Positions 13,677-26,411 are shown, counted from the first letter of the stretch. The stretch: 64,000 nucleotides of DNA from Torpedo marmorata (GCA_977017645.1 OZ360249.1:33852001-33916000), one strand, 5' to 3'. Notes: generated from the sequence alone by a model not told the origin. Program-made: numbers and translations.

Positions 13677-14292
13677 TCCGGTGCTCCCTTTGTGGCAACT
13701 TATTTACTGCATCCGGTGCTCCCTTTGTGGCTTTCTCTACATCGGAGAGACCGGTCGTAGATTGGGAGACCGCTTTGCTGAGCACCTCCTCTCCGTCCGC
13801 AACAACAACGACCTCCCAGTAGCCAACCATTTCAATTCCGGGTCACACTCCCACACTCACATGTCTGTCCATGGCCTTATGTACTATCCCACCCAGACTA
13901 CCCGCAAATTGGAGGAACAACATCTCATATTCCGTCTCGGCACTCTCCAGCCAGATGGCATTAAAATTAACTTTTCTGCTTTCCACTAAACCTGCTTGTC
14001 GTTTCCTTCCCCTCCCCCTCACCTGTCCTTCCTGTTTTTTTCCACCCACCCAGCCATCCCTCCTCCCCCTCTTTGCTGCTGTCCCCTCCCTCCTTTCTCC
14101 ACCTATCATCTCCTGCCTTTGCCACCCCCCCCCCTTCCCCCCTCACTCTTTTGTTCGGATGCCTGCCGGCATTTTCTCATACTTTGATGAAGGGCTCAAG
14201 CCCGAAACGTCGGTTATGTATTTCTAGCTTTGCTACAATAAAGACACTGTTTGACCTGCTGAGTTTCTCCAGCATTTGTGTGCTTTTTACCG
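13677..14292 (+). mobile_element. Penelope-like element 3' fragment: GIY-YIG endonuclease (13681-13989) plus pLTR
   Basis: LIYCIRCSLCGFLYIGETGRRLGDRFAEH...VANHF...EQHLIFRLGTLQPDGIKINF. AACTCCA is repeated at 13670-13676 and 14293-14299. Confidence 0.92.
14178..14218 (+). ncRNA. Minimal type I hammerhead ribozyme motif (U3 core variant)
   Basis: catact-TTGATGA-a-gggc-tcaa-gccc-GAAA-C-GTC-ggttatg. Perfect 4-bp stem II, palindromic ACGT in place of stem III, predicted cleavage after 14211. Confidence 0.75.
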
Positions 14293-14919
14293 AACTCCAC
14301 CTACCTGCCCTTTCCCCATATCCCCTAATTCATTTTTAATGTAAAAATCTATCCAACTGAACCTTAAATATGTTCAATGAAGCAGCCTCAACTGCTTCCC
14401 TGGGTAGAGAATTCCACAAATTCACCACTCTTAGGGAAAAAACTGTTTTTCCTCATCTCTGTCCTAAATCTACTCCCCTGAATCTTGAGGCTGTGTCCCC
14501 TAGTTTTGGTCTCACCCGCCAGTGAAAAAAACCTTCCTACCTCTATCCTATCCATCCCCTTCATAATTCTATGTTTCTATAAGATCTCCTCTCATTCTTC
14601 TGAACTCGAGCGAGTATAATTCCAGACGATTTAATCTTTCATCACAAGTCAACCCCTTCATCTCAGGGATCAACCTAGTAAACCTCAAAGCACAAGAAAC
14701 TTTGTCCAATATATTTTCTGTTTTATCCATATTTGCAGATTAATGCTACGGATAGAACCTCTTCCAATAGTCTTGCTTCATTCAGAGACAAAAACTTAAT
14801 CAGAATCCTGAGAGCCTTGCACAACCAGTAACGTACCCAGTAACATAGGCCAAAAGTAGAAACCTGTTGTATTTGGATGCAGTGTTTCATGATCTGTAAC
14901 TAATCATGTACTTCTATTC

Positions 14920-15675
14920 AAATGTCACTTGTAGTTGTAATGTCACATCTCTTTCTTGAGCAGTTGCTTGTGATCAAGGATGACTTCCTTCCTTCCTGTT
15001 TTGTGGTTAATGTGGTGGCTGATGAGGCCACTGTGTGAATAGCAAACCCTTCCAATGATTGAGCAAGTGATCCCTGAAGGAGGCGGGTTTGCGACGCAAT
15101 GCACTCTCTCTGTCCCTCATGCACGTGCTCCCAATACCCACTCGTTTCAAGATTTTCATACAGTCATGAATACTCCTTCTTTGCTTTGAGCAGTCATAGG
15201 TTGGAAATTCTCAGGTGCAAATGGGGGTGTTACATTTTGTCAGGGGGATGAAAACATGCCCTTGAATCTTTATCTCTATACACTTAGTAATCTTCCTGTG
15301 ACAGAATGAGGCATAGAAGCAACGAGGCCTGCCCAATTCAGCTGATTGAGAATAACTCGTGCCTCAATGGGCGGCATGGTTGGTGTAGCGGTTAGCGCAA
15401 CGCCTTTACAGCGCCAGCGATCGGGACCGGACCTGGGTTCGAATCCCGCGCTGTCTGTAAGGAGTTTATATGTTCTCCCCGTGTATGCGTGGGTTTTCTC
15501 CGGGGGCTCCGGTTTCCTCCCGCCCTTCAAAATGTACCGGGGGTGTAGGTTAATGGGGTGTAAATTGGGCGGCATGTAGTCGTAGGGCCGAAATGGCCTG
15601 TTACAGTGCTGTATGTCTAAAAAAAAATGGTGGGAATATTAGCCTGAGAGAGGACATTGACATTGGTTCACGTTT
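14920..15675 (-). mobile_element. Degenerate RTE-clade LINE 3' fragment, split by a SINE
   Basis: Minus frame IEARVILNQLNWAGLVASMP resembles the RTE motif QLRWAGHV.RMP. Confidence 0.6.
15371..15625 (+). mobile_element. Full-length V-SINE (HE1-like)
   Basis: A-box-like tggtgtagcgg, B-box ggttcgaatcc, V core and A tail. Short repeat AATGG at 15366-15370 and 15626-15630. Confidence 0.9.
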
Positions 15676-15678
15676 CTG

Positions 15679-16028
15679 AATCAGAATCAGAATAAGAATC
15701 AGAATTTATTGTCATGAACAAGTCACAAAATTTTTTGTTTTGCAGCAGCATCACCTGTAAACATTTATATAAACAACCTTACAAAATAAATAGAAATGGT
15801 GCACAAAACGTCAAAGTAAGGCAGTGTCTTTGGTTCATTGTTCATTCAGGAATCTGATGGCAGAGGGGAAGAAGCTGTCCTTGTGCCGCTGAGTGCTCGT
15901 CTTCAGGCTCCTGTACCTTTATCCCGATGATAGCAGAGTAAAGAGGACATGGCCTGGGTGGTGGGGCTCTTTGAGAATGGAGGCTGCTTTATTAAGACAC
16001 CGCCTCTTGTAGATGTCCTCGATGAAGT
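15679..16028 (-). mobile_element. Rex1/Babar-like LINE 3' end (family A, ATTCTG-repeat tail)
   Basis: Matches 39058-39400. (aatcag)n tail. Confidence 0.85.
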
Positions 16029-16464
16029 GTACATGTAATGTACACCAATACATCAACACCATACATTAGCATCTCCATAAGAAGGCTAAATATGAACTGA
16101 TTCTCGTTCCAGCTGGCTGACCCATTGAGTCTCTCACCCATTTTCTGTTTTTTTTTCATTTCCGACTTCCAGAATCTGCAGCTTATTTCTTTTTCACCTG
16201 TAGTTAGGCCATATTTATAAAACCACCCTTTGATGGTGTGGGGCTGCTTTCACCTGAACCAAGTACACCTGTTGATAATGAATTGAAATATCTTTTTCTG
16301 CTTCTTTTTCACTCCAAAGTTTTTAAATTTATATTAAAAAAAAAAAAAATTTAGACATACAGCACCATAATAGGCCCTTTCGGCCCACGAGCCCGTGCCG
16401 CCCAATTACACCCAATTAAAGTTGAGTTGGATTTTTTTTTCCCACACAAATCTAGAGTAATAGT

Positions 16465-16590
16465 GACACAAACAACTGCAGATGATGGAATCTGGAGCAA
16501 AAACTACGCAGTTGGAGTAACTCAATGGGTGAGGCAGCATCTGTGGAGGGAGGCAGTCAACATTTTGGGTTGAGACCCTTCATCTCTACT
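16465..16590 (-). mobile_element. Short Penelope-derived pLTR (second family) with degenerate hammerhead
   Basis: Minus strand gatgaagggtctcaacccaaaatgttgac, followed by the gatgctgcc...gagttactcca hairpin module and ctgcag. Confidence 0.65.
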
Positions 16591-16679
16591 GATCTATAAT
16601 TATTACATTCAAAGTTCCTTTAAAGCTATTACGACAAAACTACAAAATGGTGGTATTATCATTTTGTTTATTGATTAAT

Positions 16680-17830
16680 CATTCTTGCTTGCAGACTCTT
16701 TAAGGTGGCATACAATGTATTTTCCTTGAGCTGATCCGAGCATTTATGATGGAGTATGTTGAAATCACCTTCTCTGGTCATTTCCTTCCCAAGCTCTCCT
16801 CTATGTAGCAATGTATTTAGCAGCAAGCGGATCATTCCCTTCCTCCTTCTGGATAGGCTGAAATTGACAGTATATATATTTAAATCATAACCTTACAGAG
16901 CCCTTTTTTAAGCAGATATTATGCAAATTATTCAAATTGGCCTGCTAACAAAGCATGCCTTTGTTGTTTTAGTTGTAATGCTTATGTGATCTGTGCAGAC
17001 AGCCGTTAAGCAAATGAAGATGGAGCTAACAACGTCAGAAAAGGGATCAGACTGTTCCAGCTGACACTACCCTAATCTTCTAGGACCCATTAAAATGCAG
17101 TTTGAAAGCATTACCTACAATAACATCCTTGAATATCACTGGTTTTATTTGCAGTATCAAGCATTTCATTTCATGCACCATTAATGACGAGATCAGAGTT
17201 TCAAACCAGCTAAACATTTCAACAACTACCTGGACTAAATAGACAATTAACTTCTTAGACAAAACGGCCAATTAACCGCAAAGGTAAGGCTGTCACCCTC
17301 CACTCAAATTAAATTTCTTTGCTAACGGCAGTTTATCTCAGCCCAACCATTAAGGGTATTTAGACAACCACAAGAGTGTGCTGAGCAGAATTAGAAGGAA
17401 ATAGAATTAAAAGGGAAAAAAAAGGAGAGACTGAAATTTGCCAATGCACGCGGTTCTGGCTTCTTTTCCTTTAGTCTGCACTTTTAGTGTTCTGTGGGAA
17501 GCAAAAGACTTTAATCATTATACGAAGCCCTCATCATTACTCAAACTAATGACCTGATTGAAAACAAATGGGGAATAAAAACATTGCCGTTTTTTTAAAC
17601 AATGTATATATACAAAGGAATTTACTTTTTTAAAAGTATTGCTCTGCAACAAAGTAATGATATGTCACCAGCAACCTCTTTTGATTTCATATTGCGCCCT
17701 GCTTTTACCAAATGCAAAATAACTGCGCAATTCCCACAATCCACCCTTTGAGTTGAAATATCGCAAATAGCCTTTCTTCATCGTGCAGCTGAATTAAAAC
17801 AAATAGCGACAGGAAATACTAACAAGAACC
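16680..17830. promoter_or_regulatory. Repeat-free block, candidate conserved non-coding enhancer
   Basis: No recognisable repeat for over 1 kb. Dense TAAT/ATTA and ACAAT motifs, an octamer ATGCAAAT at 16921, and several retained CpGs. Confidence 0.4.
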
Positions 17831-18119
17831 ATGTTAAGTCAATATTTGTTGAAACTTTTGTCCTTGCAAATGCAATAGCCACCCAATGTGTTTGCTTTCT
17901 GTAGTTTGCAGGATGGATGTAATCCCCATTTACAATGTTCACAAATTGTGCTCAGGAGGTTATCCAGAAAGGGGAAAAGAAAATGGGAAAATAATGCTGG
18001 ATGAGGTTAAAACTAGTAGTAAATTAAATCATCACCCATTCGTTCAGCATTTAATGAGGTGAAACTAGGAACCATGGTTGAACTTACATGGCTCAAGTTC
18101 ACTTTCCTGTCTCTTGATT

Positions 18120-18990
18120 CTTATACGGATTAGAAATGTATTTTTCTGAGCCTGAAATACATCCCATGACTGGGCCTCCACAGTCTCTGGCAAGAAGTTC
18201 CAAGGACTTAAACCCTCTGAGAAAATAAATATTTCCTCTCTCAGTCTTGAATGGATGTTCCTTTACTCGGAGATTGTGCCCTCTACTTGTGACGCTCGCA
18301 TGAGAGGAAACATCCTCTCCACGGTTTCCCTATCAAATCCCCATGAAAATCTTCAAATAGCCCCTCCATACACACGATCACCCCACTGAATTTTCTCAGA
18401 AAGCCTCCAATGAAATTGTATTTTTCATGAAATTGAGAGACCAACACTGGTCAAAATACCTCAGGTGTGTTCTCACTTGAACAGTTGCAGTAAAACTTCA
18501 CAAATTCTATGCGTTAACACCCTTGAAATAAAGGACAGTTCCATGAGCGTTCCCCATTATTGCTCTTCTTGGGTGCTACCTTTATGTGCTCCTCCAAATG
18601 GACCTCCAAATCCATTTCTGCTGCAGCTTTCTGCATTTTTTTTCATTTAAATAAAACTCTGTTCTTTTATTCCTCCGTCCAAGAGTAAAACTTCACGGTT
18701 CCCTACATTGTACTCCATTTTTCAATGTTTTGCCTCCTCGCCTAACGTGTCACTCTCTCTGTAAACTACTTGTATCCTCCACACATCTTGCCTTCCCGCT
18801 TATTTTCATATCATCTGCAAATTTGGCAACCATACATTCATTTCTTTTCTCCAAAGTCATTAGCACATATTATGAACAGTTACAATCCCAGTTTTGATCC
18901 CTGTGGCAGCCCACTAGTCACAAGTTGCCAATCTGAAAATCACCCCCCTTATATGTACTCACTGCTTTCCGTTTGTTAGCCAATCCTGTT
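18120..18990 (-). mobile_element. Degenerate CR1 RT fragment
   Basis: Reverse complement contains ccaaatttgcagatgatatga (KFADD) and agtgggctgccacagggatc (SGLPQGS). Confidence 0.75.
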
Positions 18991-20269
18991 GTAGACATAA
19001 TTCAGGCATAATCATATAACAGAGACAAAACATTATACATACTCTAATTATATTTTATTGATTAAATGGGAGAGTTAGAAGACCAAATGAATTCGACTTG
19101 GCCAAGTAGCTGTTTGCAGCTATTCAATTTTCTTTTTTTTATGAGGACTCATATAAAGCATATATTTAATATTTTGTTACAGAAGGGTTCACATTACAGA
19201 ATGTGGTGAAAATAGAGAAGAACAAAAATCTTGCTCAATGGGCACTGTTGACAGGGCCATGATATATTGGCCATCTCCATTTAGTGTTGAGGTGCAATGG
19301 TGAGCCAACTTCTTGAACCATCATAGCCTGTAAACTTGAAATAATCGCACAATGGTTTTGGGAGGGTGGGGGGGGGGGGGTTGCAGAATTCTGAGACATT
19401 GGTGATGAAGGAACACCAATGTACCTCGAGGTCAGAATGGTATGGAGGCTTGGAGGTTAATATTTAACCACTCACCTTTAACTTTTGATGAGAATGTAAG
19501 AAATATAAGAACGTGGACCTCAAGCCTGTGCCACTGTTCGGTAGGGTCATGACTGATCCTTTATCTCAGTGCCACTTTCCTCCACTAACCGCACCACTAC
19601 TGATTCCCTTAATGTCCAACAATCTATCAAACTCTTGAACATTCTGAATGGTCTGAATTCTTGAAAGATGGTCCAAGAAGAGTATAAAAGTAACATTAGA
19701 CCCTTTCACAGAAACCATTTGGTGGTGTTACCACTTTACAATGAACGCTGACCTTTGTAAGTATTATGATTGATAGTTTGAAGAAAGTGAAAAAAGCAAC
19801 AAGTTCAGATATCAAGTGGTCAGCTGGATTTAGAAATGGTGCATTTTCACTGATACAAAGAGTATCAAAGACTACCCAAAGAATTCACTGCATTTTCCAT
19901 TTCTGAACTGACCAGATAACACATTTCTTTTATTATCAATCAGAGTCAAACATTCTCAGGTATAAGATGGATGAGATGAAAAGTGAAAGCTTTTTTTAAT
20001 AATCATAATGGAATGGCCATTAACCTTCCCAAATGCACCTGTCATCATGTCAGTTTAATCTTTTAGTTACCTTCCAAATCAGTTCATATTTTTGTTTTTA
20101 TCAGAACAACCAATTTTGTGAAAATTAGGCAGTTTGTGATAAAAACAGTTTTATTGTTTGATTTGAGGTTGCTCACATTCCGTTCACTTTAAAAAGCTGT
20201 AGTAATCCATTAGAATGTGCTGGATTTGTAGCCAGGTCTTGGAAATGAATGGCTAATTGAATGATGAAG

Positions 20270-20600
20270 TAGAATCATAGAAAGAGGAGCTCAGAAACAG
20301 GCTTTTCCACCCATTGAGTTAGCACCAACCATCAAACACCCATCTATACTAATCCCGCCTTACACCCTCCATCAATTTCTCCCAGATCTGACCATGTATC
20401 TGCAAACTAGGGGCAATTTAAGACAGCAACTTCACCTCCTAACCTGCAGTTGTTTGGGATGTGGGAGGAAACCAGAGCACCTGGACAAAGGCCACACAGT
20501 CATGGACCGAACATGCAAACTCCACACAGACAGCACAGAGAGATCGAGAATGAACCTGGGGTACTGCAACTGTGTGGCAGTAGCTCTCCCTGCTGCGACC
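20270..20600 (-). mobile_element. Older V-SINE
   Basis: ggatgtgggaggaaaccagagcacc...acatgcaaactccacacagacag is the V-domain in reverse. Confidence 0.75.
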
Positions 20601-20784
20601 CAAAAAAATAACTGACACACTCTTCTGGCAAATGTGTATGATAAGAATCATGGATCCTGATGGGACAGGCATCACAAGGGTCAGCCTTGTCACCTGGAAG
20701 AAGGTAGCCCTGACAAGGTATTCCCTTTGACTCTGTGCACTGCTGCTCACCTTCCTCCCACATCATGGTGGTATTTTTGTGTAG

Positions 20785-21190
20785 AGCCAACGGCGAGCAG
20801 CAGCAATCATCAAGGATCCACACCGCACAGCACACGCTGCTACCATCCGGAAAGAAGTATAGGTGCCACAAGACTCACACCACCAGGTTCAGGAACAGCT
20901 GGTCCCCCTCCACCATCAGACTCTTCAACAACAAACTCAATAAGGGACTCATTTAAAGACTCTTACTTTTGCACTTTATTGATTTTTTTTCTCTCTTATA
21001 TTGCACAGTCAGTTTGTTTACATTTATTTATTTGTTTACATGTGTACATTGTGTACAGTTTTTTTTTGCACTACCAATAAGTGGTAATTCTGCCTTGCCC
21101 ACAGGAAAAAGAATCTCAGGGTTGTATGTGATGTCATGTATGTACTCTGACAGTAAATCTGAAACCTGAAATCTGAAATCTAAAATCTAT
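20785..21190 (+). mobile_element. Rex1/Babar-like LINE 3' end (family B)
   Basis: LLPSGKKYRCHKTHTTRFRNSW remnant. 3'UTR matches 9145-9500 in reverse, with an (aaatctg)n tail. Confidence 0.85.
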
Positions 21191-21538
21191 TAAGTTGATG
21201 CCTGAGGGAAATGACAGGCATACTTCTGAGTATGCTGGGGGAATAGGGAGTTAAGGAGGAACGGCATGGTTGAGGGAAATGGTGTTGGAAAATGCAGGAG
21301 AACAATATTTCTGTCATAGTCCAAGTCAAAAGGAAGACTCAATGAGCAAAATCTGAAAATAAATACTTGATATGAAGTTGGTAATGAAAAGAAATGGGAT
21401 GGTTCAAATAATTCAAATTCTTTTCATCATGAACGAAGTGAATGGGTGTACACTTGTTCTTAATTTATACTCTACCTTCCCCAGAATGGCTTAAAAGCAG
21501 GAAATTTCCAGCCGCAGAAGCACCAGGATGATCTAGAG

Positions 21539-21912
21539 CAGTGGCTTTCAAACTGCCCCCCTAAACTCACATTCCACCTTAAGCAATCCCAATGCCATAA
21601 GTGCTCTGTGATTAGTAAGGGATTGCTTAAGGTGGTATGTGAGTGGAAAGAAAAAGTTTGAAAACCACTGTTTTAATCGTACCTAATTTACTCGTTATGT
21701 GCACGGTTTCATAACTCCAAAGGAAATGCGCCAATGACAATTTTTCTCAAGCAAAATATTTCAGTAACAATTGGGTCAAGAGCAGTGGTTCTCAACCTTT
21801 CCTTCCCACTCACATACCACCTTCAGCAATCCCTTACTAATCACAGAACACTTATGGCATAGGGATTGCTGAAGGTGGAATGTGAGTTTCAGGGGCAGTT
21901 TGAAAACCACTG
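21539..21912. mobile_element. Composite hAT (Charlie-like) MITE, copy 1
   Basis: Ends are CAGTGGCTTTCAAAC and GTTTGAAAACCACTG. Two inverted palindromic units of about 130 bp flank a spacer. Flanks ATCTAGAG and ACCTAGGG match 6/8. Confidence 0.88.
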
Positions 21913-23059
21913 ACCTAGGGCATTGTGCTAAGGAACCTAATTTTTAAGGAATTTACGCAGTAAATGTTCCACATAGTTCTGCTGTTACAGGTTCAGTTGC
22001 AGGGATACATTTTCACCAAGCCATACCAATTAATATTTTAGAATGAGTTCCCTTCATTGGAACCTGGGAAGATAAGAAAACAAACACATTTTCGGTGGCA
22101 GTGACAAGAAAAAGGTGGAGAAAACAAGTACAATGTCTGTGCTAGGGTGGAGAGCAAAAGGAACTGAATAGTATAAGTGGTGAGTGGTGCTGGATGAGCG
22201 GAGGTAGTGAAGGCTCATCAATTACAGATGATCTGCCTGGAAGAGATGTAAGTAGATGGGAACATGAAGAGGACAAAGCAGAGAGAGAAAAATAAACACT
22301 CAGGAAATGTGAGAAACAGAATGTGCATTGCTGTAAATATGAAATAAAAATTGGCTCTGTTCATCTCTCTCTGCAGATGCTGTCTGACCCTTGAGCATTT
22401 CCATCATTTTCTGCTTTTATATCACATGCCAACATAGGTAATAAAATTGCTCCCCAGCTGTTTCTTGAAAGTAGCAGAATTATATTTGTATATAATCTAA
22501 TGAATACAGTAGAACTTACATCATGCTCAAGCCCACTTTTTAAAAAATACAAGGTGCATCAAATATATTTGCAATATTTGTTCTTAATTCTGTGGTTTGG
22601 AATTTGAGATCAAAATAACAGCAAAACTGTCGACACAACCTGTGTATCACTCAGTTATAATATCTGCACCATTCACTTGGGATTTGCAGGGTCACTCCCA
22701 TCATCACCCTGATCTCCAGAGCCTGATTCTTGCTCTGACCATCCCTCTCTCAATCCCTCTACCCCAAACCTTTGGCTCTCCTCCCCATTAACAATCAGCC
22801 CTGAACTTAGCTGATGCTTTGTGTGTTTCGGTCTGATGTAACGCATAATCTGCAGTGTCTTCTCATGTGAAGCCAATTCTCTAATGCACCAGCCTGTGCT
22901 ACTATCCAATTTCCAAGTAGTAGACCCTTGAACAAGATGCAGTGACTTTTAACTATGCTTGTTGTGCCAAGAAAATCATGGCCAAATATTACTTAAAAGT
23001 TCAACAGAAAAAATATTGTTTATAATATTCAGCTTCGATGTTATTTCTTTGTGTGACAC

Positions 23060-23332
23060 AGAAGTGTGGAAAGAAGAGCTGCTGCCTCATTGCTCCAGTG
23101 ACCTTAGATACAGTTCTGTCTGTGTGGAGTTTCTATGTTTTCTTCATGGCAGTGTGGGATTCCCCTGGGTGCTCTGGATTTCTCCCAGATCACACAGTGG
23201 GTTGGTAAGTTAACTGGCCTGTAAATTTCCTCCAGTGTGTAAGTGAGTTACAATCAGAAAATTGATGTGAATGTGTGGAGCATTAAATGGGATTTGTGTA
23301 AATGTGTGCTTGATGCTCAAAGCAGATTTGAT
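23060..23332 (+). mobile_element. Older V-SINE, with the hAT MITE inserted in its tail
   Basis: ctgtctgtgtggagtttctatgttttc...gggtgctctggatttctccca core. Confidence 0.65.
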
Positions 23333-23706
23333 GGGTTTACAAACTGCCCCCCTAAACTCACATTCCACCTTAAGCAATCCCTATGCCATAAGTGCTCTGT
23401 GATTAGTAAGGGAGATTGCTTAAGGTGGTATGTGAGTGGAAAGAAAAAGTTTGAAAACCACTGTTTTAATCGTACCTAATTGACTCGTTATGTGCACGGT
23501 TTCATAACTCCAAAGGAAATGGGCCAATGACAATTTTTCTCAAGCAAAATATTTCAGTAACAATTGGGTCTAGAGCAGTGGTTCTCAACCTTCCCTTCCC
23601 ACTCACATACCACCTTAAGCAATCCTTTACTAATCACAGAACACTTATGGCATAGGGATTGCTTAAGGTGGAATGTGAGTTTAGGGGGGCAGTTTGAAAA
23701 CCACTG
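23333..23706. mobile_element. Composite hAT MITE, copy 2
   Basis: Near-identical to 21539-21912 including the spacer. Left TIR eroded. Confidence 0.88.
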
Positions 23707-23800
23707 TGCTATCTGATTCAATGTGAACAGTCTATGAGAAAACATATATTTTTCAATTGTTCTTGATTACCGTGCAAAATATTTATATACTTACTATGTA

Positions 23801-24152
23801 CAGTAGAAGTCCTAAAACCCAGAATGCTTGGGGATTGGGTCAGTCTGGATTTTTGGATTTTTTAGATTCTCGGGCAGTACTTTTAAAATTCAAATTTAAG
23901 AAGAATAAAGAAGATATGAACAGATAATTTTGATAGTTTATTAACAAAACATTTTTTATAAAAAATACAAAGTACAATAAAATAAATAAATATTTATTCA
24001 TTCCTTTCCCCAACTTCTGTGCATCTGTGGTGCTTACGCATGCATGCACGCACACAAAAGCCCGCTAAATTAAAAAAGTTTGAGAGTTTTCGTAAAGTCC
24101 GGATTCTCAGGTGGTCTTAATTTCTGGCATCCGGATTTTTGAACTTTTAATG
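23801..24152. mobile_element. Tc1/mariner (Tigger-like) MITE
   Basis: TA|CAGTAGAAGTCCTAAAACCCAGA ... TCCGGATTTTTGAACTTTTAATG|TA, an imperfect TIR flanked by TA. Confidence 0.65.
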
Positions 24153-24324
24153 TATTATGATTTTTGGTTTGTTTTCTGATCTGCACTCTGTGACACTTCT
24201 TCACTGCCAACAACTGCTCAACCAGGTACATGACACTATTACTGCTGGACATCAGTGATCCTGTTGAACTGAGACCTAACAGCAACCAAGAGGGAAAGTT
24301 CACACGACAGAGATCGCTGATGAT

Positions 24325-24375
24325 GGGGGGGGGGGCAGGGAAGGGGGCAGGGGAGGGGGCGGGGGGAGGGGGGGT
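24325..24375 (+). repeat. G-run tract (G-quadruplex-prone)
   Basis: Seven runs of 3-11 G separated by 1-2 nt. Confidence 0.7.
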
Positions 24376-25624
24376 CAGTGATGTTGCAAAGTCAGGTTCA
24401 TTATTTGGAACCAAAATATTTTCTATCAGACAATGCTGCTTTATGTTATCCTGAAACTAATTACTTGCATTATCAAATGAAATGCTTTCTAAGCAAGCTC
24501 AAAATGAACACATTTATAGTCTTGGTACTAAACTCTCAGTCAGTACAATGGGACTGAACCTATGTGATTCGGTTTATTCCTTGACTTTCATGTTATCAAA
24601 ATGATGATAGCATTTTGTATCCAAGCCTCAAAGGTGATAGACATCTGACAATGAGCCATTATCAAACATTAGAATTCTTCTGTATTTGTTCCAGATGTCA
24701 TTTTCCTAATCTTAACAAAATCTATTGTAAAAGATAATGGAATGAAATTCATTCAATTCACTCCTCCCCCTGATCCCTTAGCAAAGCTGCACATCAGTGA
24801 TTCAATAGACATATACAGAAATCAGCACTCCGTGAAGTAATTTTATTCTATTGCTTGAAATTGTCACTACCCTTCACAACACTTAATTAATTAAAAGAAA
24901 TCTCCTCTAGTTTGAGTGATGAAGAATTCTGTGGTGGTTACAATGAACTTGACCTGTAATGCAGATACAGACACCAGCAACTCTATATGGTGGGATGATG
25001 TGTTAGTTCTGTAGCTGGTGGAATATGGGTGACAGTTTTAAATTGACCTCTTAGGGAGCTGCTGTGTGACCTCCAGAAAGATTGGCCACTTGATAGGATG
25101 ATTCCTGCTGTGCATTTGACTCCTGCAGCACTCTAAGCATCATAATCTTGCTCACGTCCCTTTGCCATTATGAAAGTCAGTTGGGTTTTAATAACGGGGG
25201 AATAGTCTGAAAAAAACATCATGACAGTGATCCCCCTCCCTTCACCCAGACGCAAGTATAAAGCAAGAAACAAGCTTTCCCCACTTCGACTGAAGGCACA
25301 GATTGATACTTGTCTTCTGTGTGCTGTGGAGTCAAAATTCATTATGTAAAAACTGTGCTAGAGAGAAATGGTAGAAACACTTAACCTTTACAGGCACTTA
25401 CACAGTCACATGGGACAAATAGACATAAGTGGCCAGTTTTTCCATTAAATAATTTTTGTGCTGTTTTACCCTTTTCCTGAAATGACAATTCTTAGTTCAC
25501 TTACTGGAAATCTCCTAATGCAACATGCTTGTACTCCATGACTGAATGCAGACTGGCCATTTCTGAATAAATTGATGGTAAGGAATATTAAGTCACACAC
25601 ATTAGAGTAACTCTCTCACTAAGT

Positions 25625-25872
25625 AAAACACGAAAGTCTGCAGACACCGTGGTTGAAGTAAAAACACAATGCTGAAGAAACTCAGCAGGTCAAACAGTAT
25701 ATGATATAGCAAAGATAAAGATACATAACTGACGTTTTGGGCTTGAGCCTTGATGACCTTGATGAAGGACCTTGATCTAGGGCTCAAGCCCAAAACATTG
25801 GTTATATATCTTTATCTTTACTATTAAAGTACACTGATTGATCTGCTGAGTTTCTCCAGCATTGTATTTTAA
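25625..25872. mobile_element. Inverted doublet of Penelope pLTRs with 10-bp TSD
   Basis: A minus pLTR then a plus pLTR meet at the hammerhead. CTCACTAAGT at 25615-25624 and 25873-25882. Confidence 0.85.
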
Positions 25873-25882
25873 CTCACTAAGT

Positions 25883-26090
25883 CAAATGATTCTGTGTCCG
25901 CGTCGCTCACGAGAGATTTTAGCACAAAATCTGGACAGAGATGAATGGAAGGTAGTATCTTTTGGATGGGATTTTGAACTGAGCCTTCTCTTATGGATAT
26001 GAAGCATTCCTGTTGCATTTTATTGTTAAAGACTACAATTTTACCCCCTGTTCTTGAGTTTATTGACAATTAAACCAATATTTCTGGAAG
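25883..26090 (+). mobile_element. Deu-domain SINE remnant (host of the pLTR doublet)
   Basis: agagattttagcacaaaatctgga...ggaaggtagtatcttttggatggga...gaactgag...ccaatattt resembles the Deu central domain. Confidence 0.55.
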
Positions 26091-26411
26091 GTATTTCATA
26101 TTTCCTTTTAACATAGAAGAAGGACATTTTGGCCTATCGGATTGATGCCAGCTCATCGAGCAATCCCATTCCCTCACTAATTTTTTCACTAAACTTTTTT
26201 TTCCACATTCCCATCAACTCCTCCTGTTGCCAGTGTATAACTAATTACGAATAAAGAGGTCAGCATCTCCTTTAAGATAGAAAGTCAATTTGGTTGCAAT
26301 ACACCAGCCTAGACTGAGCAATAGTGTATAAACAAAGGACCAATCCCCATTTAAACCCTGAATGCTGCCTATAAACTCAAAGAAAGGGAACAATATTCTC
26401 AGGGGCTAAAT

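Larger units (their letters stand above)
13573..14690 (-). mobile_element. CR1 LINE 3' end interrupted by a Penelope insertion
   Basis: CR1 tail cataagaacataagaa and hairpin at 13573-13670. CR1 sequence resumes at 14293 after a duplicated AACTCCA. Confidence 0.85.

Noticed and set aside
15371-15460. tRNA genes at SINE heads
   Set aside because: A and B boxes are present but continue directly into the V-SINE core and LINE-derived tail, with no complete cloverleaf evident.
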